Source: Octopus vulgaris (Eukaryota). Taken from it: a stretch of DNA of 64,000 nt. This document shows, in pieces, positions 52,064 to 64,000 of the stretch. A program made the translations under genes and the position numbers. Positions within the stretch are counted from its first letter, which is position 1, and every line of letters begins with the position of its first letter. The DNA lies in assembly GCA_951406725.2 (NCBI GenBank), contig OX597833.1:31062001-31126000 (forward strand), given 5' to 3'. The notes under the pieces are model-generated. The model was not told the DNA's origin and did no database searches. It saw only the letters and a list, made by a program, of their open reading frames with translations.

Positions 52064-54020
52064 TTGTGAGGCTTTTGCGTGTAAACAAGAGCAAAATCAA
52101 CAATGTGTGATCCTCATTGGGGAGGAGACGTTCGAGGGTAGCTCATGGAAAAACCTCATAAAAACCATGGGTACCCTGACTTTTCCTTTTTTCACCGCCT
52201 ACAAGGTGTATGTTCAGGGCAGACCCGTTCACCTGCACCGTTCACGCAACTTTCATTAACCTTTCAGTAAATTGGCTTGAGGACAACGCTTCCCTTTCTA
52301 CCCTTATTTTCCTTTTCAAGTGAAGTTGATCAGGGATTGGCCAAAGAGAAAAGCCTTCAATCCCGTCCACCATACAACCTCTTTCGCTATGGCCACCAGG
52401 CATATAAAAAACAGCCTTTCTTTCTCGGTTAAAAGAAGGCAGTGGGGCGATCTTCACAATGGATTCAGTTGATAGCCGAATCCGTCCCAGACGCGACAGC
52501 AAGTGTTCGACATAAACCCACAGGTCAGCAATACTCAGGCACTGGACAAGTGCATGCAGCGCTGTCTCGTCGTCCTGCGCGCATCTCGGACATGCTCGGT
52601 TGACGATACTTCCGTATCTGTAAAGTTTATCTCGAATAGACAAAGCTTTCTGGTAGCACTGTCAGGCCAGAGATTTTCGGAAATTATCCATTGGTCCCAG
52701 GCCGAAAGTTTTTCGGAAGAGAGCGGCTAGTTGATCATCTTTAACACCCAAGGTCTCCCCAAAAACGTCGTTGCACTTCTCCTTCACTAATCCTGTATAA
52801 AAAGCTAAAGTGGAGGTTCTACCTATCGCTGAGGGTTGTGGGCGCTTGAAGACATTCCACTTTCCAAATGCTCTCCCTCAGTCTCTGTTTTACCTGCAGT
52901 TCCGTTAAAGAAACTAGCTGCGGAAATACGTGTCTGGCGAACGGCGACCACACCTGTTCACTGTCAGGGAAGCACTGGAGATGTCGTAGCCTAAGCGCAT
53001 GTTTGCGCATCATCAACCACGACATGCCCAGTCCACCACTCAGCGGATGTTGACATCAGATAGACCGCCTGACCATCGGGACGCGTTCCTTCCACAAGAA
53101 GCGGAAGAGTATACATTCCTGCGTAATCAGATGGTAGCCAGGACAAGGCACGACGGTCAAGCGAAAGTAGATGACGGACGCGATATACGCGTTAGCCACC
53201 TCAGCCAAACCTTTAAGGGATAGCTTTCTCTCGGCCCATTTCTGGGTGAGAGTAGTCACCCTGCTCGTTAACTCGTCCCAGTTTTTGTCCATCTAGCAGT
53301 CCGGACAGAACTAGAGCCCAAGTAATTTAACCGGTCCGTATCTCGCTCAACGACGCAGTTGGATGGCATGGACTTGCTTCTCCAGGTGCTGAACCGCAAG
53401 CCCACTGATTTTTCCTGGTTAATCGCGCTCCTGAAACCGCCTCGGTGCTGATCATTTCTATTTGTTTATGATCCGTCATCACTACGGTGACGTCGTCGGC
53501 ATATGCGACATGCATCTCTCACATCCTAGTTCACATGAGAGGCCTCTCAACGCCTCCAGTTTGTGTAGTAGTGGCTCGAGAGTCAGTACATACGAGTGTC
53601 GAGAGAGGGCAACCTTGCCGGACCGAGTGCATGATGTTGAACGGCTCTGAGAAGTGACCGTTCACTCTGACCACTGAACAGATGTCTGTGCATTGCATCG
53701 ATCCAGCTCTTGAATACAGGCCTGAAACCAGCTGCCTCGAGGACCGTCGCCAGGTATAGATGGTCGATCCTATTGAAAGCTTTAGACTGATCTAAATTGA
53801 TTAGGGCAGGTTCTTTAGCCACTTTTTCACTGATGTATCACATAAGGTGGAGGTTGTCATGGATGAATCTTTTCATGATGGCACATGTCTATGCCTCCCC
53901 ATACCAGATCACCGACGAGAAGCGCCTATCTCGTAGCTAACACCTTGGCCAAAATTTTGAACTCTACATTCAGCAGAGTTATGGGCCTAAATTTGTTAAT
54001 ACAGTCCCCATTGTTTAGGT
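52063..54020 (-). mobile_element. L1/Tx1-like LINE, 5'-truncated degenerate ORF2
   Basis: RPITLLNVEFKILAKVLA, NLDQSKAFNRIDH, AYADDVTV and zinc motif CPRC...ETALHALVQC. Confidence 0.85.
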
Positions 54021-54384
54021 CTCCTAATAATAATAATAATAATAATATATGCTGCGGCTGCTGCTGATGAAAATTTCTGATATAGGCACAAGGCCAGAAA
54101 TTTGGGGGAAAAGTTAGAAATCGTCTTTAGTATTTAACTGGTACTCTATTTACTGACCTTGTAGGAATGAAAGACAAAGATTGATATTGCTATGTTTACA
54201 GCTTATATAAGCTTTGCCAATTATTATCGATCTATTTGATTCATTAGTTTAAAAAAAAAACTACGTATTTGTTGGATACCTTTTCCTTTTATTTTTCCGT
54301 AATCTTTTATTGGCATTCTATATGATTTTAAAAATTGTATTACATATTATATATTGTATATTACATGTTGCATTTTATTATATA

Positions 54385-54550
54385 AGGCGGCGAGCTGGAA
54401 GAATAGTTATTACGCCGTCTTTACGTTCCGAGTTCAAATTCCGTTGAGATCGACTTTGTCTTCAATCCTTTTGGGGTCGATAAAATAAATATCAGTTGAA
54501 CAATGGGGTCGATGTAATCGACTAGCCACCACTCTCAAAATTTCCAGCCT
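54385..54550 (+). mobile_element. SINE family B
   Basis: aggcggcgagctggaagaa head and gagttcaaattcc B-box. Confidence 0.7.
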
Positions 54551-54711
54551 TATCATTATCATTTATTATTGGGCAATTTTGATTTATTTTAATTTATTTC
54601 ACCACTAGCGCTCTCTGCTTGCCTGCCTGCCTGCCTGCCTGCCTGTCTGTCTGTCTGCCTGTCTGTCTGTCTGTCTGTCTGTATGTATGTATGTATGTAT
54701 GTATGTATGTA

Positions 54712-54840
54712 TAGGCGTAGGCGTGGCTGTGTTCGGTTCCACTGCGTGGCACCTAGAGAAAGTGTTTCCTACTATAGCTTCGGGCCGACCAAAGCCTTGT
54801 GAGTGGATTTGTTAGATGGAGACTGAAAGAAGCTTGTCGC
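54712..54840 (+). mobile_element. SINE family A, 5' half
   Basis: ggcgtaggcgtggctgtg...cgggccgaccaaagccttgtgagtggatttg. Confidence 0.75.
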
Positions 54841-55006
54841 GCGCGCGCGCGTGTGTGTGTTGAAAAAAGATTTGAGATATATACAAATCAAATTTTTATG
54901 AATAAAAGATGGTGGTGAAAATACCACAGAAGTAAATTTAAGACATTTTAATTTAGAAAAAATTAATAAAATTATTAAAAGAATTTTTTAAATATATATT
55001 GAAAAT

Positions 55007-55883
55007 ATAGAAGGTGACCCGCTCTACGCACGAGTAAGAGTGGTTGTTACTTTCTGTTTCTTCCTTTCTGTTTTTTATCACCACATTCACCCACTTTGTT
55101 TCTCTCTCCTTTCTCTCTCACTTTCCCACTCTCTTACTCTTCCTTTCTCTCGGACCCTCCCTCGCTTTTTCTTACTCTCTATCTTTCTCTATCTATCTCT
55201 CCCATTTATTAACAACAAAAGATCTTGAGTAAGTTGAGAAAGAAATATTTTGAAAGATCAATCATAAATATCAGGCAGTGACAACAGAAAGGTCTGCTTC
55301 AAGGCAGACAGCAAAACACTAACATTTAAAAGGGACAGACGAACTTGCGAGCTGAATAAAAATTAAAAAAATATTGGAAACCAAAGTTTGAAGGGATAGA
55401 ATCTGAGATAGTAGAGTCACCATGACTGGCATTTCTTAACGACGGGCAGCAACGTAGTGGCAGTTTAACGGCTGGCGTAAAATTTTGAACTTGATGTAAA
55501 AGAAAATTCCTAAACACCAAGTTTTGAAGTGATTATTTCTCACGACAGTAGACTCACCATGGCAAGCATTCAAAACTTCTTCATGATGGACGGCAACACA
55601 TAGAAGATTTAAAGGGTGGCGCGACTTTTTTAGCTTGATATAACAGAATTCTATAACATAGAATTTTAATCCCCTTCCAGCCCCATTTAGATCCCTTTTC
55701 ACACTTTGGTTAATATAACCCGATTTCATTCGGGTCTAATCGGGCCACATTTTATAAGATGAGTAATTTTGTCCTATAGGTTACGCCTTTCATTTGAGGA
55801 AAAAAATAGTTGCCATGCAAACTCGCCAGCACTTTTAACATAGGTGTGCATATTTTCAGCTCAACCGACCACATAATGCACAC

Positions 55884-55916
<33 letters not shown>

Positions 55917-55949
55917 GCATTAAATATATATAAGTACATATATACGCGT

Positions 55950-55982
<33 letters not shown>

Positions 55983-57194
55983 ACGCATTATATATACAAA
56001 TGTATACAAATTATATATATATACGTGAAGATCTCATTCTAATAAATTCAGTTTCTGTTCATTTTGGCGTCCATTCTTGCACAAAAACATCCGTAAAACA
56101 ATGGTCAACATCATCGAAATGGTCAACGTCATCGAAATATGATATTAGTCTGTGAGAAAAACCAATGGCGAAACAACTCGGATTGTTTTCTTTTTACGCT
56201 CTGCCATTTTGGAAAACCAGGCATATGGTGCTATATGTTGGAGTATCGGTTCAGCTAGCAATATATACGGTTGCTTCTGTGAAGGTCTAAAGAAGACTGT
56301 TGTGTTTTTAAAGTTGTAGAGATATTTGATCCACCTTCTTTATTCGCTCAGGAGAGGTAGAGACGGAGGAAGAAAAAATCATATATGAAAGAGAGAAGAC
56401 TTGTCAAAGTGTGCGTTTTTTGCGCTAGTAACCACACCTTTTAAGATAGGGATTTCTAACCTAGCCCACTCGCATCCTCACCTCATTTTACATGTCCGTG
56501 TAAATTTTGGAAGAAAGAGTAACAGAGAGACGGCGAAGCTGTCAAACGTAGTTATAGAAAAAATTGGAGGGAAGGGGGAAAAGAGAGAGATCGAGGAAGA
56601 AAATGTGGTATATGAAAGAGAGGACTGAAAAATAAAATATTTTGAAACCTAAAGATGATTTGGTTTACAATGAGAAAACGAATGAAATAGTTAAGAAGTA
56701 AATATTTCAAAACTGGAAAATTTTTCAAATTTACCGACAAATTTTTGTTAACGACGGTCGCCTTGAGCATACAAATAAATTCTTTAAAATCTTTTATCCA
56801 CGCAAAATAATAACATATCTTCTGATAAATAATATGTTATAATTGTGCGGTTGGTGGTGGGAGATAATAATTCACCTTTCTGAAAGACCTGTGGTGGGAA
56901 TATTTAAACTTTTGCGGCTGTCATGTTTCGTCTTTATAGATACAAACAGTATACATTGAGAGACGCGTTGGAGAAGAAAGAGAGACGGCGGAGGTGTCAA
57001 ACGTCGTTATATAGAGAGGATTTGGAGGGAAGGGGAGAGAGAGAGAGAGAGAGAGAAGAAAAGGTGATATATGAAAGAGAGGACTGAAAAATGAAATATT
57101 TTGAAACTTAAAGATGATTTGTTTTAAGAGAAAGTTTCTCATGATTGTGTGGTGGTGGTGGCGATGATAACTCTCTCTATGAATGCAGACAAAC

Positions 57195-57231
<37 letters not shown>

Positions 57232-57676
57232 GTGTGACAGCGCTTGCGAAGGCGGCGGAGGAAAGATAGTAGACGCTATCAAACGACGTTATAGAGAGAA
57301 AGTGAAAGGAAGGGAGGAAAGAGATGGAGGAAGACAGGCAGATAATAGAATGCGAAGCAGCGAGGGAAAGATAGTAGACGCTGTCAAGTGACGTTATAGA
57401 GAGAAAGTGATGGGAAGGGAGGAAACAGAGAGAGACGGAGGAAGACAGGCAGATAAGAGAATGGAAGTAGACTTGTCAAAGTGTGCGTTTTTTTCCCTAG
57501 TAACCACACCTTTTAAGATAGGGATTTTTAAGTTAGCCCACTTACATCCTCATCTCATTTTACATGTCCCTGTAAATTTTGGAGTCAATCCGACGGGATC
57601 TAGTGGCCTTTAACCCGTTCTCAATGCCAAAACCAGACAAACAAACTTTTCGCATTTCAGAATTATAATATAGAGA
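55007..57676 (-). mobile_element. Probable non-autonomous Helitron with internal direct repeats
   Basis: On the minus strand it starts a|TCtctatattataa and ends with hairpin actcg-tgcgtagag-cgggt then ctat (imperfect CTRR). Internal duplications at 56400-56510/57471-57581 and ~56526-56668/56982-57126. Confidence 0.45.
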
Positions 57677-57960
57677 TTACCGATTTCGGTGATGAAATTC
57701 ATCTTACCAAATATTAATATAAATGTGGAACTTGAAATAGAAACAGTTTGCATTTATCTTCTGTTTGGTGGTTAGAACATATCCTGAGTTTTTCCGTAAA
57801 GTTTTCTATAAATATAGTTTGTCTGTAAATAATTTTGCATAGAGTACAAGGAGTTACAGAGAAAGAAAGGCGGTGTAGTTGTCTATTGTCTAAAAACTCC
57901 TCTGTGGGTTCCTGCCGAGGGAGTGGCTAAAAGCATTTATTGAATGAGTTTTATGTCCAG

Positions 57961-57998
<38 letters not shown>

Positions 57999-58338
57999 TA
58001 AGTTTGAGGTGCGTAGGCTTGAACTGCGATGTTTTCCCCTGAGTGTCTCCAGCTGTGTGTATGTGTGCCTGTATGCGTGTGTTTGTGCGTGTGTGTGTAG
58101 GTGTGTACAGGCATATATATAGATAGTTTATGAGAGGTAATGGTGTCATTGAGACCCAAAGGTGTCAGTTAATGCTGAATAAGTGCTATAGATAGACCAT
58201 AGTTAAGTTCCACGTTCGGTGATTATGCGAATAAGGGGTTCAACGTTGGTCGTATGTCAGCGTGCGTATATAATTTTTTTGTTTCGTAATGAGATAAAAA
58301 AAACAAGGCTATGTAGATTTTACAACATTTATAGATAG

Positions 58339-58392
58339 GTCTTACAGCTGTTTCCAGGATATTTATCGGATATTTATCCCTTCATCGGAGAC
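58339..58392 (-). ncRNA. Minimal type I hammerhead-like motif (CCGAUGA variant) in the inverted pseudo-LTR
   Basis: Minus strand reads gtct-CCGATGA-a-gggata...tatcct-g-GAAA-cagctg-TA-agac. Confidence 0.6.
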
Positions 58393-60719
58393 GGTGTGAG
58401 AGGATGGTTAAGAAATAGTTAATTTAGATACGATATAAAATAGAGAGTGAGGTGGAGGAAAGAAAAGAAAATAGATGTGAGATAAGTATGGATGTTGTAT
58501 TTGTAGATCCATTTTTTAGGCAGAATGGTATACATATAAGATTCAAATATCTTATGAGTAAAATCTAATAGTATTTAAAATTGGTCATTCCAAGTATAGA
58601 GTTTATATACAGTGTTATTGAATCAAGGGTTTTATATAAAGTGACCTAAAAATAGGGAGTGTATTAGTAGGGTCAAATCGAAAGAGAGGAATAAAGAAAG
58701 AGAAAAAGAGAGAGTAAGATGAAGAAAGTAAGAAGAAAACAATAAAATAATAAAATAATAAAAAAATAGGAAGATAGGAATAAAGGAAAGAAAAAAAAGA
58801 AAAAAGGAAAACAAAGATATAGATAAGGGAAATGCACCAGTTAGTGGTCAGTGGAGATAATTTGAAAGTAGGAGTGGGGTGATAGAGAGAGAAAGGTATT
58901 AGAGTGTAAAAAGATAGGAGGAATGGGGGAGGGGTAATAAAAGGTACAGGAGTGACAGATGTGTAGTGATAGAGTCTAAGTGATGGGGCAGAGAGAAGGT
59001 TAGTAGTAAAGAATAAAGAATTTAGGAATTTAGATGGTTTGGCAGGTCAGTGCTTAGTAATATAAGAAAATATATATGTGAAGATGTATACATATGTTAT
59101 TGGGATTACCTAAGGGATATAGAGGAAATGTATTGTATGGTCGTTTAGGCATTTGGATTTGTGGTAGAATATGAATGTGTGAAAAAAGCGGTGGTTGCAT
59201 GTGCTTAGTGCCTCATTATATTTATTTAGCAGTGCTGGAGAGAAGTGCTTTAATATGTGAAGTGCCTCCTTCAGGCAAGGTTTGCAGGTTGATCGTTGAC
59301 ATACACTTCCCTAACATCAAGGGAGGCCTATACAGGGACGACGCTTTATTTGTTACTAAAAGCATAAATAAATCACCCTTAGAAAGAACTAGAAAGGGTC
59401 TATATAAATTCTTCTCTAACCTAAACCTATCTATCACATTCGAAAACTCTCACAAAACTCTGACGCAACTTTAAACCTATCAACACCCCAATATTCCCCT
59501 TACCACAAACCTAACCAATACCTTAACATCCACTCTAATCACCACAAATCCACTTTTGATAACATAATCAATGGCATCTCAACCCGCATATCCGACCTCT
59601 CTTCCACTGAAGAAATTTTCAATAATCACGCACCATATAATCAAGTACTCGCCGCTAGCGGCTTTTCCCAACAAATAGAATACATCCATAATACCAGGCT
59701 CAAACAACACATATCTCAAATCACATCTCAAACATGCAACAACCATCACAATCGCAACCAACCACACACACATTCGTCGATGGAACCCTGGAAGGTCTTG
59801 CACCTAGGCAACCTAGACCACCCACACATTCATTTAACACTAGGTCAAAAACGAAAACAACTAAAATAGCTAACAATAACAGACCTCACCTTCCACATAC
59901 CTTCCCCCAAAATATAGATAGCACTCCTTTATCTAATAACTTAGATAGCACTACTCCCAGACCCCCTTAAAAAGTGGTGGACGTTCTATTCTGTGGTACC
60001 TCCCCCCCCCCCATTCTCACTTAACGTTAAGAACTTAGCTAAATCCTTCTTTAGAATACTAGACTCTAAATAAACATAATGAGGCACTAAGCACATGTAA
60101 CCACCGCTTTTTTCACACATTCAAATTCTACCACAAATCCAAATGCCTAAACGACCATACAGTACATTTCCACAATACCCATTAGGTAATCCCAATAACC
60201 TTATAAATCTACATTCTAACTCCTAATCCCTATCTAATTCCTCACTCATATTAGAATATCACAACCATCTAATTATATTCATATGTATGTGAATCCATTC
60301 ATATGTATGAATGTGTGTATGCGTATATGTATGTGTGTATGTGTGAATGTATGAATGCATGCTAGGTATATATACCTGCGTATACAGGGGCGATAATACA
60401 TACAGATGCACGTATATGTGGGTGCGCATGTGTGCATATACATACGAGTAAGAGTTGTATGTGTGGATATTGGATATGTATAAACAACTGTATGAATATA
60501 TATATACATGTCTAATATATACATATGTATACATCTTCACATATATATTTTCTTATATTACTAAGCACTGACCTGCCAAACCATCTAAATTCCTAAATTC
60601 TTTATTGTTTACTACCAACCCTCTCTCTGCCCCATCACTTAGACTCTATCATTACACATTTGTCGCTCCTTTTTTATATCTTATCTAAATTAACTATTTC
60701 TTAACCATCCTCTCACACC

Positions 60720-60767
60720 GTCTCCGATGAAGGAATATAATAAATATCATGGAAACAGCTGTAAGAC
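60720..60767 (+). ncRNA. Minimal type I hammerhead-like motif (CCGAUGA variant) in the 3' pseudo-LTR
   Basis: gtct-CCGATGA-aggaatataataaatatcatg-GAAA-cagctg-TA-agac. Stem II is weak. Confidence 0.5.
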
Positions 60768-60851
60768 TTATCTATAAATGTTGTAAAATCTACATAGCCT
60801 TGGTTTTTTTTATCTCATTACGAAAAAATTTATATATATATATAAACTTTG

Positions 60852-60900
<49 letters not shown>

Positions 60901-62427
60901 TTGATTTTCATGATGTCCATGTCCCGTCTTACAGCCTCTACAGTGTTCATAGAGAATTGAGCAGCATTCATGATGGCATTTTGATACTCAGCCCGAATCA
61001 TCATGATCAACTCTTTTTCAAAATTCAGTTGACTTCCAGCCCTTCATGTCAGCTAACTTTTACTCGTCTACAACTTTAATCTGTAAAGCATAAGCTCTCC
61101 GACGCTGTTGACTGTTGTTAATACATCAAGTTGTCCTTGATAAAAGGAGACACAAAAAGTCGTCAAATTTAACCCGGGCACCCTGTATATAAATGTTTCC
61201 CGGATTTATCGTTTTATCCATTACGTAATTCAAGCCAGTCACTAACAACGTGGCAAGGCCCTGTTTGTTTAAGTTCACGAGATCTCTTGGGGTTTGTGTA
61301 TATCTAATTCAATTGCTGTGTGTATGTGCTTGAACATATGTATGCATGTGGATAAATTTCGTTTTCTGTAGCAACGTGCACACAAACACACACACATTCA
61401 AAAATGCATGTACACATAGGTTTACATACATTATACCACAACACCTTGATACAATGAGCCGGATTCCTTGTTGACGGGGCTTAATAAAAAGGGGCTAAAT
61501 AATTAACACACTGTATGCAAATTAGTAACACTAGTTTCCTGAAGCTATTGGATATGATGTGTTTATTAACAGATTAGCAAATTCTTTTTATAGGACCCTC
61601 ACTGGGGCTTCATCAGCGGTGTCTACATCATCTAGCCATCACTTTTACTGAATCTGCAGAAAAATAGGTTAGCTTGATATTTTTGTTCTGCTATGTAGGT
61701 TTACACACACCACACGCATGTATATATATTTGTTGTGTTTTGGGAGAGTCATTACGCCAGTAATAATTACACAGGCACAGGTTCAAATCGCTATTGTAAG
61801 TCAATTTGCCAAGTATGTAACTAACAAATAGATTGTTTATTTAATGTGCTGGTTAAACAATCAAAGTTCTTTCATTGCTGTTGGCGACTTTCTCAGTGAC
61901 TTAGTGACTTTCGTTTTCGATCTGTGAACCTTTTTTAACTGGGGGAAAGCCTTATTAATTTTAAAGCTAGATTAAATTTAGAAAAAAAATTCAATTTCAA
62001 GTTTGCAGTGAAGTTTTTTTAGTCATCTATGAATGTTAAATTGAAAGCTAGTATAGTATATTTCTTATTATTTGATTATAAAGAATTAAAATTTGAAAAA
62101 TATAGGAATACTCACAAAATTATTATTTAAAGTATTTAAACGTTCGGGTTGTGCAATGTATACAAGATACCCAACTCCAGACGATTATTCAACAGATTTG
62201 TATAACTCTGATGTTTTAAAATTTCATAAGTTTCCATAGAACAAAGTTGACAACCATCCCTACTATTTCTATATGGTTGCACCCTTCTTACTATATCCCA
62301 TTTTAGGTTGAATTCTATATTACTTTGATATTTATCATTGTTTGATTTCACTTTTTCAATATCAGCGACAGTGGACGCTGGAAAAAGTATAAGTATTTGT
62401 GAAGGAAATCTAATTCTCGCCGACAAC

Positions 62428-62488
62428 TATGATTGTCACACGCTGACGAGAGGTCAATACCTCGAAACTCGAGTCCGTGTGTATCATA
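62428..62488 (+). ncRNA. Type I hammerhead ribozyme, copy 1 (predicted cleavage after GUC, C62475)
   Basis: Stem I cacacg/cgtgtg extended by tatgat/atcata. Core CUGACGA, stem II gagg-tcaata-cctc, GAAA, palindromic stem III actcgagt, GUC cleavage triplet. Confidence 0.9.
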
Positions 62489-62779
62489 AGTTGAAGACGG
62501 GAAGGATGACTTCCCTTTGCAAATACTGACAGGACACAGAAAGTGTGTCTATGGCCAGCTGGAGGAGTGTGTCCTCCTGGGGCTAAAAACTACAGTAGCA
62601 TCCACCCTTAGGGGTAGCCATATTGAGATGGCAAATATACGTCACGATGTGTTACCGCTACTGTATATAACTCACTTTGATATTTATCATTGTTTGATTT
62701 CACTTTTTCAATATCAGCGACAGTGGACGCTGGAAAAAGTATAAGTATTTGTGAAGGAAATCTAATTCTCGCCGACAAC

Positions 62780-62840
62780 TATGATTGTCACACGCTGACG
62801 AGAGGTCAATACCTCGAAACTCGAGTCCGTGTGTATCATA
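62780..62840 (+). ncRNA. Type I hammerhead ribozyme, copy 2 (predicted cleavage after C62827)
   Basis: Identical to copy 1, 352 bp downstream. Confidence 0.9.
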
Positions 62841-63551
62841 AGTTGAAGACGGGAAGGATGACTTCCCTTTGCAAATACTGACAGGACACAGAAAGTGTGT
62901 CTATGGCCAGCTGGAGGAGTGTGTCCTCCTGGGGCTAAAAACTACAGTAGCATCCACCCTTAGGGGTAGCCATATTGAGATGGCAAATATACGTCACGAT
63001 GTGTTACCGCTACTGTATATAACTCACTTTGATATTTATCATTCTATATTATTTGTTTTTAGTTCCCAAATTTTGCTAGATAGTGTTGTGCAACCTGCCT
63101 TATGTTTGAGCCTAAAAGAGGAAAAAATGACTGTTAAGACGTCTTTTAAGATCCACCGAACATTCGAAATAAAGAAAGCTATTGCTAGAAGTTATTATCG
63201 TGCATTTATAAATTACGTTTTGGACCGAACAACGACCAGATACCGGACATTTTGATCTAATCCTACAATTACAAATGGGGGGATAGTGTTCGGTTCTGGA
63301 ATTATTTAAGGACAGTTCACTTACATTACTGTTATTTAAATTATTATTAGTATTAGTATTACTTTCATTATTAGTAATCACGTTGTTATGCAAATTAGGG
63401 TCACTAGTTATTAATCTATCCTCACCATCATCACCTACCATACTTTTATCTATACTACCTATATTATTGGTATTGTTATTATCACTATTTACATCAAAGT
63501 TGTTATTATTATTATTATTATTGTTATCATTATTAATATTTTTATTATTAC

Positions 63552-63611
<60 letters not shown>

Positions 63612-64000
63612 TGTTAATGCTATTATTACAGTAATTATTACTATCATTGTTGTTACTATTCATTCTACTCCTGGCTAACTTAATGTTTTGACTATTAAGT
63701 CTAGCTATTATGGTAGCCATGTTTGGGAGAGTGGAATATGAAATTCTTACTGATCTCCTAGAAATTATTTTATGATATTTATGGGAGGCTGGGAAATTTT
63801 TTTCCAGTATAGATTTAAATCTACTGTACACATTCGTCGAGATCGTACAATTAAAGGGGATATTTAGCCAAATGATATTTTCTCTTTTATATTTTTTGTT
63901 TAAGTAAGAGTGGGAAGGATTAGTGTTATCAGTATTCGTACGAGAATTATTATTCTTTTTAGTACTATTTTTATGCCTATCGGGTTTATCTAGGTTAGCA

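Larger units (their letters stand above)
58274..60830 (+). mobile_element. Penelope-like element relic: inverted pseudo-LTR, RT fragment, 3' pseudo-LTR
   Basis: Blocks of 58274-59228 are reverse complements of blocks in 60066-60830. RT pieces GGLYRDDAL, YSPYHKPN, SNHHKS and GISTRISDLSS at ~59290-59700. Confidence 0.8.
62323..63040 (+). mobile_element. Retrozyme-like insertion: 2 x 352-bp units + 14 bp, with an 11-bp TSD
   Basis: Periodicity of 352 bp over 62322-63043. TSD attctatatta at 62312-62322 and 63041-63051. One hammerhead per unit. Confidence 0.85.
62136..64000 (-). pseudogene. Penelope-like element 3' ORF: RT end, N-rich linker, Cys-rich motif and GIY-YIG-type endonuclease, interrupted by the retrozyme-like insertion
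   Basis: KIISRRSVRISYSTLPN and CNCRIRSKCPVSGRCSVQNVIYKC. Removing the insertion and one TSD copy restores KIWELKTNNIEFNLKWDIVRR..CQLC. Continues past the window end. Confidence 0.85.

Noticed and set aside
61585-61620. Minus-strand ctgatga with a short hairpin
   Set aside because: No GAAA or cleavage triplet follows. The same applies to ctgacga at ~39217.
62338-63255. Duplicated 63-aa and 75/128-aa ORFs
   Set aside because: Non-ATG starts and by-products of the 352-bp tandem unit. The RNA structure explains the sequence better.

Overview
AT-rich, microsatellite-dense eukaryotic non-genic DNA. The tRNA-derived SINE families resemble octopus repeats, so a cephalopod origin is inferred, not proven. 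I see no convincing intact host gene: the window is mostly nested mobile DNA. It holds four Ty3/Gypsy relics, including a full-length CsRN1-like element (19166-28970) with both LTRs, PBS, PPT and 4-bp TSD. That element carries a nested solo LTR and a 3.2-kb foldback DNA element with ~1.4-kb arms and an 8-bp TSD. Also present are several Penelope-like elements, R4/Dong-like and L1/Tx1-like LINE fragments, mariner and hAT relics, MITEs, a probable Helitron, SINEs and satellites. The standout is at 62323-63040: two apparently identical 352-bp structured units plus 14 bp, each with a complete minimal type I hammerhead ribozyme. They are flanked by an 11-bp target-site duplication and interrupt the GIY-YIG region of a Penelope-like element. 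This is the signature expected of a retrozyme copied from a circular RNA by rolling-circle reverse transcription. A second theme is repeated local inverted (templated or foldback) duplication. All alignments and folds were done by eye.
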